In this document: positions 13,344-24,087 of the stretch, piece by piece | Position numbering within the stretch: the first letter of the stretch is position 1 | Layout of the letters: each line of letters begins with the position of its first letter | NCBI GenBank assembly: GCA_043228905.1 | Contig: JBHGNT010000015.1 | Location: forward strand, 3,968,001-4,032,000 | Source: Azolla caroliniana | Lineage: Eukaryota; Plantae; Polypodiophyta | Reading direction: 5' to 3' | DNA length: 64,000 bases | The notes under the pieces: generated by a model | What the model saw: only the letters and a program-made list of their open reading frames with translations | Database searches by the model: none | Told to the model about the DNA's origin: nothing | Translations under genes and position numbers: made by a program

Positions 13344-14599
13344 CTATATCTATCTATCTATATATATATATATCCCTACACGAGTTCTAGGTGCATGTGT
13401 TGAGATAAATAAGTTGAGCCTTAAAGAGAAGAGATCACAACCAATTCTCACAAAACCATGAATGCCAATTTTTTTATATTGAAGCGTACACGTAAGGCAC
13501 GGTGGTTGTTTCAACTTGCATGCAAAACCCCCATATCATGTGTGTTCAATGCCTATTTAAAACATCTCTTATCTTTGGAAACTCTCACGAATAAAATGCA
13601 GCATTTCTCCTAAACCTATACAATTTGTATGTAATATGGTTGACTTGTATTGGAAATTGGGATGCCACCAAGTTATTAGGTATTGTGCAAAATGCAATGG
13701 CTGAATGCATGACCTTTTCTTTCTTTTGTCTCTCCCGTCTTGTATTCCTCTATTGCACAACTCACAAGTGTGTTAACTATACATAGTCATCAAAAAAAAA
13801 TCTGCCATTGGCATGTGCATTCGTATGTACTACGACTTCCCACCCTACTCAAGGTCGATCATTTTTCGGACACTTATGTCCACATAGACATATATGCAAT
13901 AGATTATCTTAGACCATCGATCCTCACACTAAAGTTTGAATTTTTTGTGGTTTGCTTGGCTTGCTTGAATTTGCCCAACCCCAATTTTCTTACTTGACTA
14001 GGTTGTTCACTTTTAGTTATGGATGTAATTGTCCTTCCTTTTTTTTAAGTAACTTATACATATTCAAGCTTCATAGATTCACAGATTTAAAGTGCTTTTC
14101 TTCAAAAGAATATTACATGTATTTACCAATTATCAAGGATGTCTCTTCACACACACTATCGATAGTGTCACCCTATGTTGCAAGTAAAACTTTATTCTTT
14201 CCCATTATTATCTAGAAGCAAAGCTTGCCTTATATAACCTTAAGTTGTGGGTTCAAGACCTTTGTGTGCTTGGGGGTTTCGTGCAGTTAGGTGCAACATA
14301 GGTTGCTTGGTTTCATGATTAAAACTATAGAGCAATGAGCAACAAGCTTCCTTGTTAGTGACTAGTTTTTTTTTTTTTTTTCGGGGGGTGGGGGTGGGGG
14401 AGGGGGGCATTAAAAAGATTTTACCTTCTAGAATGGTGGAGGGCCATCATTGAGATATTACTATTAGTATAATCTAAACATTAAAGTATTGCATTATGAA
14501 ACATTTGGAAGAATCAATTTTCCTAGACACTTAGCTATTAGACACAAACAACGTTAGAGACCTTAACCATGGTCCATCATGTGGATTGAGTTTATCCAC

Positions 14600-16000
14600 A
14601 CGATCAAATTTTAGTGTCTCCTACATGGCTCTCAAATATACTCTAGGCCCTACTTAGCATAGAATGTTTGTAAATGTCATTACTTTGTTTTTTGTAATAT
14701 CTTGAGAATTAGACCATGTGTAGCAAATTTGAAATATGTTGTATATAGTTAATATGAAGCCCTTCTTTAGGGGAGAGATAGATATAATGATTGTATTATC
14801 TTCCTCAAAGGTCAATATGACCTATGGGGTTGGCAATAAAATATTTTTTATATCATGTATGGAATTGAGTAGTGACTTTGGATGCTCAAATTTTTTCCTA
14901 ATAATGTTGCGATTCGAGAGTGAACATTGTGATTGTGAGAGGAATGTGTGTCAAGGAGTGGATTGTATTGACAATGTGTTGAAATAGCACACTATATTAG
15001 AGACTTTCACTTTTGTTCAAGGAAAAATATGTACAAGCAAAGAGTCTCTTCACATGTACCCAACACCTTATTTTAGATAGAGGAGAATGTGAACTAAGTC
15101 ACTTGGAATCAATCATGTAGATGACTAACAAAGGCATGGTCTCTAGGATGTGACAATCAGTATGGTCTCCCATATTAGAAAATGGTTTTGTAGTTTGGTG
15201 CAATATATGTAATGTATTGTGTAAGACGTGAGCCTCCACAACTTTCCCAAGTCGTGATACATTGGCATTGCAAAAAGAGCTTTAGTAATTGACCCATCTA
15301 CTCACTCATCATGTAGTAAATGCGATGCATCTTATTTTCCAAAGCATTTCTTCATATCTTGCATCTATCTAGAACCCAATTTTTGCTTTTATGTTTCTTT
15401 GCAAGATATTCACTTGCTTCCCATGTAGTTCTAGGACATCATAGTGGTGATTTATAAACCTCAATCACGTTCTCAACAATCCATTCCATGGGCATGATCT
15501 CATTGGGATATGATATGATCTTAAGAAGGGGAAGCACACATGTCTTTTGTAGCTTAACTCAAAGAAACTTCATAACAAGGTACTTTTGAACATTATCAAA
15601 TTCTTTCCATTTGGGATGCTGCCATCCTATACTTTGACCAAAATAAATGTTAGTATTACCAACGTGTTGGCCTTTGCCTTGTCAAAGACATACATGGACT
15701 CTTTATACTTAATCGATAGTAAGGCCTTTGACTATTGTGGATTGGAGGACTTCACACTGCAAATACAAACATTTCCTCTTTCTTTGTATAGTCTTTGTAG
15801 AGATATTGTTGAGATCCAAGGGGGTTGTGAATCTGGATTGATAATAATGCAAAAGTGTGCTGTGCAATTGATTATATTGCATGCTTTCTTCAATCAACAA
15901 TTGGATTATGTAGTCCAAATCAAGGGAGCTATTCAAGATTATTGATTGTGTCAAAAGAAGATACACAAGCTAGATCGCCTAGGACCACACATGTGTTAAG
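14600..16000 (-). mobile_element. Highly decayed LINE (L1-like) reverse transcriptase relic
   Basis: Faint minus-strand remnants resembling Q.GF...R.I, KxDFxKAYD, RQG.PLSP.LF and YLG motifs, in the expected order. No intact ORF; boundaries are approximate. Confidence 0.4.
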
Positions 16001-16479
16001 TACTCGTCGTAGATAAAATGATTCATGAAGACATTGGCATTAGCATATGGACCAAGCTGAACGAAACATTAGAGAAAAGGGGAATAGAACAGAAACTCCC
16101 TTCAAAGCTCTAGGCCAAAAGGCCACCCTTAAATGAAAGAGGCCAAAACTAGTTGTAAAAAGCTATAAAAGTCACTTTTGTTGATGTTTGTAGCTTGTCT
16201 TCCCTCTTCAGTTTTTCTCTATTCATATAACCTAAGCTTGAGCTCTCTCCCACCATTTCCTTAATCTTTCACTTGAGTGTAGAGTGATTATGGTTCAACA
16301 CTACACTAAGTAGGTATACCTTAATCAATCCTCCTTTTGTATGTGTGTTGAGAACTCCTACATTAATTGATATGGGGTCGACATTAACACACATATTGTT
16401 TGTCTTTACTTATGTGTGTGTGTGTGTGTGTACTTTTTAAGTTTTTCTTAGGGCTTACTTAGTCTCTTAATTAAGAGTT

Positions 16480-17240
16480 AATACTAGGAAGTGTGAGTGA
16501 TACTTCGCAAGATTAGGGTTGCATAACTAGAGGCTCATGAGTGATTGACAACTAGTCTTGCTCACTTTGCTACCAATAGGATATTTGACATTCCGAATCC
16601 TTTGGCTCATGACGTCAATGTGGAGGTAGAACGTCAATTAATAGACGTGTTCTCGGTGGTGTGCACCTTGAGACAACACAATGTATTGGCTTAAACTCTT
16701 GAATTATATCTCCCAATGCATTAGGATGACCATATCAATAACAAAAATAGGTATTGGATTGGGGAGCTTATTTACTATGATTTCTTATGTCAAGGAAAAA
16801 TCTCAATCCATGAAACAAAGTTGACTCTTGAATATAAGAGGGTAGATGCAAGGGCTTGATGACACCTAGATGTGTAGAACTTAGCTTATGTTGCAAAAAA
16901 TGTGAATATTCACTAAGATAGAACTAGTTCTAGGAATTGACTCTAGATCTTTAGGATTATCCGATCAAATGACTTTGATTTTGGCTAAACTTACTCATTT
17001 AACATTTCATCTAGTTGGCTCAAGACCAAAAAGCTATTAAGTTGGGTAGGGAAACAAGGAGAACTAGGGTAACTAGGATTACTAGGAGAGTTGGAAATAA
17101 AGATCTATCAATTACACTTACTTGGTTCAATTGGCATCTTGACTTGTGTGGACAATTCATTTCCATATGTCCAAGATCACCGCAATATAAACATAAATGA
17201 TTCACACGTAAATTACACACATGGTGATCCAAAATTTACA
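16480..17240 (-). mobile_element. Decayed Tcn1-like gag zinc knuckle and gag-pol junction relic
   Basis: ORF 17232-17020 LRVNHLCLYCGDLGHMEMNCPHK matches the CCHC knuckle of the intact gag. It is followed by GTTAAAT GAGTAA GTTTAGCCAAA, homologous to the frameshift site at 45082. Confidence 0.8.
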
Positions 17241-17562
17241 TTGTTTGTTCTTATTAGAGGTGATCAAGGACTCGTCTCGATGCACAAGTGGGGCGTTGTC
17301 GCACATATTGTAATTACTCGGGTCGAAACATTAAGAAGGTAATGTTTGGGGAACATAATAGAATATAATAGATAGTTTTATCGACCATGAGGAGGCCAAG
17401 TTTGACCTATGGGGAGGATGCTAGGATGGGGGAATGTGTTGGAAACGAGGTGAAGAGAATATCATGTGCATTATAAATATGATAAGGTAGGCGTTTACGT
17501 TTGTTAATACTAGATGCCCCATATTTTCTATTAAAGCAAAGGGGGGTCTCATCTATTGCTCC

Positions 17563-17719
17563 ATCTTTGTGCTTGGTGCAATGACGAAGTTAGTGAGGGC
17601 TTCCTGAAATGTGTCAATTGTTGGTTGAAAACTATTTCCAACCCCCCTCCTTGGCTCTTACAAGGGAGCTTCGGAGAATTTTTGTGAAGGTCCTTCCTCC
17701 TTTTTGAGGAGGGGGCCTT
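17563..17719 (+). pseudogene. U4: U4 snRNA-like copy, probably a pseudogene
   Basis: Collinear with the U4 at 19689, with many C>T/G>A changes (GCG>GTG, CCCGAGACGCG>CCTGAAATGTG). Sm site AATTTTTG is retained. No clean USE upstream. Confidence 0.8.
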
Positions 17720-19514
17720 GTTAAACATAAAAGAAAAAATGTTCTAATAAATCTATTTTGGTGAATAAGAATAATAGTTATTTAGTGAAAACCTTTTGAA
17801 ATATACCACTCTAGTGGTGAATTTATATTTTATTTGGAGGTGGAGCCATGGGTTCATATCTAGTATTATACCTAAATAGGTTATTACCCAACCCCTTCAA
17901 GCCCTAGTTGAAGTAGTTTGTCGGTTCCCATGGACACAATGTATTGTATATCACACATTGAAGCAGTTGGATGAAGAGGGGCATGCATCGTAGAAGTCAT
18001 TCTTAGAAAATCCCTCCTATTCAATCACCTTCTAGTCCACCTCATGGTACAATAATTATTGTAGATTCATCAAAATGCAATAAATTGAGAATGACCAAGT
18101 GGCCACTTGGTCACCTTCATGGCCCTATCACTTCTTTGATGATCCATATGTTGGAACATTGTTCAAAGGGTGGTTCATCTACTTTGAACTTTAACACCAA
18201 AGCCAATTTTCCAAGAATGGCTCTTTCATGTGTTCCATCATCCTAGGGAAGAAATTTGAGCAAACCTCACTTTCTTCCCTCTCCCATGGTAGTGAACCTT
18301 CTTAGATTACTTAGCTACCAAGAAGATGCTCCCCATAGTCTTCAATTGGGCAGCCTTACCCAAACCTTGCCATCACAAACAAATGAAAACATGGATTCTT
18401 AAGTTCATGGACAACTTCATCAATGACTATGTTGACATTTTGAACCCTAATGTTCAAGCAATTGTTCAAATATTCATGCTACTTTGATATTTCATGTGAA
18501 AGCCATTATAACAAAAGCATGGAATTTTTTAAGTTTATCTAGAGGTTGTGAAATGTGTCAATCCCCTTGATCGTGAAGATATCCACTAGTAAAAGACAAT
18601 ATTTGGTTTATCGTCGTGCAACCATCATGACCCTTGCAATTAGAACCAAAACTAGAACTAGAACCAGAACCACAATTATTTGAGGGTCAAAGAGATTGCA
18701 CACTCACTTTAATTGATTGTTTCATTTGGGAGTCAAAGAGCTTGGAGATATAGTTGAGGCTTGATCTCAAAGAATTTTGGAGTTTGTTGAAGCTCGACAA
18801 TTATTACGCAACCTACCCAATTATGGCTTTATATGACAACCACCACAAAAATGTAACATTGATGCAAGGTCCTTTAACTCTACAAACATCGTGGATTGAT
18901 TGGTGTTTATGGGTTAAACGTCGTTTTTACAAGTACTAATCTCTTATATCATTGCATCTTGAGTCTCTACGATGACTATAATCTAAGGTTGAATGAGAAT
19001 GGAAAGTACATTAACTTTGATTATGGATGATAGTAGATCATCTAAACTGTCACATGTAGCAATTGTCTTCATTTCAAGGGCTTTGATTGGGGCTTTGCCT
19101 TTGGGATTATATCTAAAGTGAAATAGACTAGCAATGGGCATGCTCAAGTGGAAGATAATAAAAATATTCGATTGTTTGTCAGATTTCGGAGTTACATTTC
19201 TCAAATTTGGCTAGTTCTATCACGTCGTCATCTGATGCCTACTCATCGTTTCATAAATGTTGGATCGTTTGGTCAGATTTTGGAGTTCCATTTCTCAAAT
19301 TTGGCCAGTTTGTCACAATGTCATCTGACACCAAGATGACAACAAGCAAGGTGTTTGCGCAGTTCATGCAGGAAATCGTTTCACACGGAGGAGCGTTCAT
19401 TCATCTTTCTTTGCCTATTGGCAATTCAGCAAGTTCTAGTGCCCCGGATGGTTGGTGGTGGTCACCATATTCTCCCATTGTGGCACCCATCAATTGTAAG
19501 CAATAGTGTTTTTC

Positions 19515-19545
<31 letters not shown>

Positions 19546-19621
19546 TGAATATAAACTGTGTTTTATGAACCCTAAACACACACTTATGAGTTGGGGCTAC
19601 TTAAATAAATAGTGAGAATAT

Positions 19622-19662
19622 ATCCCACATAGAAAGGCAGGGGAAGGCTATGGCTATAAATA
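19622..19662 (+). promoter_or_regulatory. snRNA promoter: USE (ATCCCACATAG) and TATA box (TATAAATA)
   Basis: One mismatch to the plant USE consensus RTCCCACATCG at 19622-19632; TATA starts at 19655. Confidence 0.8.
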
Positions 19663-19688
19663 GCAGGGACCTCTGCACAGAAATCTTC

Positions 19689-19848
19689 ATCTTTGCGCTT
19701 GGGGCAATGACGCAGTTAGTGAGGGCTTCCCGAGACGCGTCAATTGCTGGTTGAAAACTATTTCCAACCCCCCTCCCCGGCTCCTGCTAAAGGAGCCCCG
19801 GAGAATTTTTGCAAAGGCCCTTGCTCCTCTCCGGAGGAGTGGGCCTCT
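19689..19848 (+). ncRNA. U4: U4 spliceosomal snRNA
   Basis: Begins ATCTTTGCGCTTGGGGCAATGACGCAG...TTGCTGGTTGAAAACTATTTCCAA, as in plant U4. Sm site AATTTTTG lies between two 3' stem-loops. USE and TATA are upstream. Confidence 0.93.
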
Positions 19849-21038
19849 AAAAAAATCCCTAAATCAAGTTTTGTGGAAGATTAGATAGTTTCTTAGCAGC
19901 TAGCAAAATCAAATTTAATGTTTATTGATTAGCTCTCTATTCTGCTTTATACTTCCTAATCCATTGCAATTCTTAATTTTTGGTTTATGCTAAGATGCTT
20001 GCTCAGCTAAAAGTGTTTATATTGATTGATCTCTGCAATATGTTTTGCCAATCAAGTGCTCTACTGATTTGTTTTCTGCTATATGCATCCAATCGAGTCC
20101 TAGATTGATAGATTTCTGCTATATGCTTGTCAATCGAGGCGATCTATTGATTGATATCTGTTGTATGTTTGCCCGTTTTGATTAATCTTTGCCCCGGGTT
20201 TGTGCAAGTCTCTGATTTATTGCCCCATACAGCCGGATCTATTTGCTGCATACAATCTAGTTTGATGGTTGTGTGTGTATGTATACCTGTTTGGATTGTA
20301 TGTCTCCTGTTTGTCAGTTTTTCAACTCAGGAGGAGAAGCAGGTTAAGGATTCAGGCAGCGACATACTGGTACTGAGTAGAAAAATTTCTCTGTTTCTTG
20401 GAAGCAGAATATGCACTCATTAACTTGCCAGGCTTGCGGATGGGCTCTAAATTCACCATTTGTAGGCCCTCAGGTAAGTCCCTAAACATTTGCACATTCC
20501 AATACTGTTTATGTGTCTGTGTCTCTACACAGGTGGAGGTAAGAGGATATCCATATGGAAATTATTTAGGTTTTCCCTGACAATCCCTTCATGTTATTCG
20601 CAGATGTATTATGTATGTCTGTGCTTGTGTGGTAAATCCTATACATATACATATGGATTACTTAGGTTTTCCCTCTGACAATCCTATGTTTGCTATGTCT
20701 GATCATGACATTAGTGAGCAGATTCATACCCTTATTTTTGGAATGACCTGACATGTAAATATAATTCTGTACTATAAAGTGTATGTATGCATAGGTCTTG
20801 AATATGATATGGGAAGATTAATACCCTTATTTTGGAATGACCTGACATGTAAATATAATGCAGTATTATGAAGTGTATGTGTGCATATGTCTTCAATATG
20901 ATTATAATTATTCTAATCTTGTTGTAGAATGCATTATTAATGCAGATTCTTTGTGGGTTATGGCTTGATTGATACTCTCAAGGGTAGTTCTAGTTATCAA
21001 GCTTAATTTCAAGGAAACATTTCAATCATCAATCACAG

Positions 21039-21104
21039 AATTTAGAATCAACACTTCTGTGATTGATAGTGAACAATCAATCACAGAAGTGCTGATTCTA
21101 AATT
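21039..21104. repeat. 29-bp inverted repeat (hairpin)
   Basis: AATTTAGAATCAACACTTCTGTGATTGAT, 8-nt loop, ATCAATCACAGAAGTGCTGATTCTAAATT; one mismatch. Confidence 0.85.
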
Positions 21105-22157
21105 TCACTATCATATTCTTTGATTTAGGTTGCATGCAGAATGAGGTAAGCTCAATGCCTGAGTCATCAATGGAACTGAATAAGAATTGTCATATACACA
21201 TGTACATTATTACATTGGTTTTGTATTCTTAATGCATATTATGTACATGTAACTTGGTGTGTATACCACATGTATCATCTGGGTTGAATGCTTGTTGTTT
21301 ACATATACTCTGGGGTTTATATTAATCTATATACTAACTGGATTTATATGCAAGCATGTGTAGATTATGTCAAAGTAATGATATACATATATAATTTTAC
21401 ACATTCTTGTGTTTCTTATTAGTTCAGTTCCTATACAGCATATGTAAAATATAATATTTTTACATCAATAGCATCCACTTCATGAACATGTTCTCTTAAA
21501 CAAATATTAGTTGCAATCAACAATGAGGCTCAAATCCATGGCTCTATTCTTGTCAATTGGATATTTTTGAGTTGGTATTCATCCAATCAATTCGAGGTTT
21601 GATCTTTCAAAGAGATAATCTGTATCTCTAGACTTAAATGAACATTCTATATTAATGCATGATGAGAATTGACCATGGCACTTGAACCTAAGATGACAAG
21701 GCCAAAAAGCTTACACACATTACCTCATAAGCTATGTTGCTCCAATGGAGTTTCGTTCTACCATATTTCTATTGATACTTATTATTCTCCAACCAAAATG
21801 AAGACCCCTTTATTTTGTGACATGAAGGATTTACGCATAATATTAAATTTGTCTAATCATGTCCCTGTTGATTATTGATCGATATTACATGGAGTGAATT
21901 TTCCTTTTTCTCCTTTAAAAATCACGCGAACAACAATGTTTGAATGTTGCTTCCCCACCACACCATTCCTTTATTAAAGTATAACTCAACACTAATGGGT
22001 TTTCCATGATTACGTAAAATAATACTTGATATAGCACATTTCAAATAACACCATTCAAGTTTTTTGTGGTTGCATTAAATAATCCTTGATGTACCACTCT
22101 TAAAATAAAACTATTCGTATATGTAGAGTTGGATGCACTTTCTTATGTAAGAAGCAA

Positions 22158-22230
22158 GGCCGACCATGGGGCTCAAACCCATGACCACATGGTTAAGAGT
22201 TTTGTGCTCTTCCATTTGAGTTAGATTGAC
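22158..22230 (-). pseudogene. tRNA-Lys(CTT)-derived pseudogene, solitary relative of the array copies
   Basis: Minus strand ...CTCTTAACCATGTGGTCATGGGTTTGAGCCCCATGGTCGGC, 73 nt, with broken D and anticodon stems. Confidence 0.7.
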
Positions 22231-24087
22231 TCAATGTACTTAATTGTTATTAATTACACATAATGTAGGTGAGGATCCCTAATATTTATAAAGCATACGT
22301 GAAGGGTATGTTTACTAATGTTAGAAAGGAACTAATGTGTGGATGCACTAAGATATTCATAATCAATGAATGAAGAGTCTTTTAGAAAACAAATCTATTC
22401 AAGGGGCCTAGGAAGAAGTATAAATATGAGGCCTAGCTACCCTTATAAAACACATTATTTCTGAAGGTTGAAGTCTTATGGTGCATGCTAGGCGTTTATT
22501 GTGATGATCGTGTTACCTATTCCAAGGTACTAGTCATTCTAATATCCGTTGGTATGGGATGTTGGTGGTAGGTTGATTATGTGGGAGGAACGAGCCCTTC
22601 TATCTAATCTATCTATCTATCTTTTACTTTAGTTTGGTTGATTTATTAGTAATAGACTTTTAACAGTGATAACGATAATAATTATCATTGTGTATGGGGT
22701 CGAGCATATTTGCACTAATTGCACAAGCTCAACCCATGGCCCTTTTGAACATTCCGTTGTGTATACCACTCTCTCCTCTATTAAGCCGTCTCTTGGCTGA
22801 TTTTATGGGACATAGTGATCATTAGGAAGTGCATGTCTACCACTACCACACTAGGGATTCATACCTTAGGGCATGCTTAATGTTTCACACACACACCCAC
22901 CCACCCACCTATTTTATTATTATTACTATTATTTCTAGTTACACACTTTGTCTTCCCATTTATGATTTTCTTGTAATTGCCATCTGCCTACCCACACTTA
23001 ACTCTAATTTTTACCCTTAATTTTCATGTTTAACCATACACTATTCACATACATTTAACGATATCATGTAGACTATTGTTAAGAAATTTACCATGTAGAA
23101 TAGAGTTTGGGCATCACACTAACGATTGAGCACTTGTTTCGAATTGTCATCTAGGGTAAAAGGCATTTAATCGAGACTTTTGATTCAAAACAAATGAGTT
23201 CACGTATCATGTTTTTTACATGGATTTGAGTACTGCATCGTTGTGCACAAAAACACCACCACTTGTATCAATTCGTGGCCTTACGTCTCCAATTATGCAA
23301 AGCACCATCGCAATATTTTGATGAATATGTGCGTAAATCTCACTCTACATTTATTTGTGACATTCAAGTCTTTTTAGTAGGCACCAAGTGATTTTTTGAA
23401 CATTGTTTTCATCACTTCTTGTCTCGTATAGGTAGTGTCCTATTTCCCCCCCTTGTTCATAACAACATTTGCTTGTTACACACAAGACTACAATACTACT
23501 TGCACACTCACTTGTTAGGGCGTCATTACACTCGATCGACTATAGCAATACATGATTGGCTGGAAATTTAACATAGGACTATCTAGAAAATTATGTTTAT
23601 TCTAGAACCATGATTGACCTTCGGGGAGCGAACATCAATAATCAAGATAGAGGGCCGGTAAAGACATCTTAGCTATGTTTTCCCAACGTACATCAGACTT
23701 TTGACCGCTGAGGCATAGGTGTAATAACCAAGATCATTAATCCTAAAATAAAGACATAAATGACACAATCATACTGAAAATATGCGTTACCACCCATTTG
23801 CCCCCGCGCCAGAGTAGACATCACATACAAGGAATCCCGATCTGTCCTATACCAGCAATGATCTCCACGTTAGGATCTTGGTAGATGACTAGTCCACATC
23901 AAAGAGAGGTCGGAACCACTCATGGGGCTCCCCCTGACAAAGGAGAGTATCCCCTATTTATAGGACCTAGGCCATGTAATGACATATACCTGACCAATCA
24001 TGTGTGGGGTACCCAATGACACACATTAGATCAGTCCAATAAAGCCTCCGACTCAGATATTATAGTATGATAGCCCTCAAATAAGAA

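Noticed and set aside
11000-14200. Short ORFs and microsatellites upstream of PLATZ
   Set aside because: AT-rich intergenic DNA with (CA)n, (GA)n, (TG)n and (TA)n runs; no coding signal.
21470-24060. Possible decayed transposon/LTR fragments (TATA-like motifs near 22420 and 23955)
   Set aside because: No termini or protein motifs could be established by eye.
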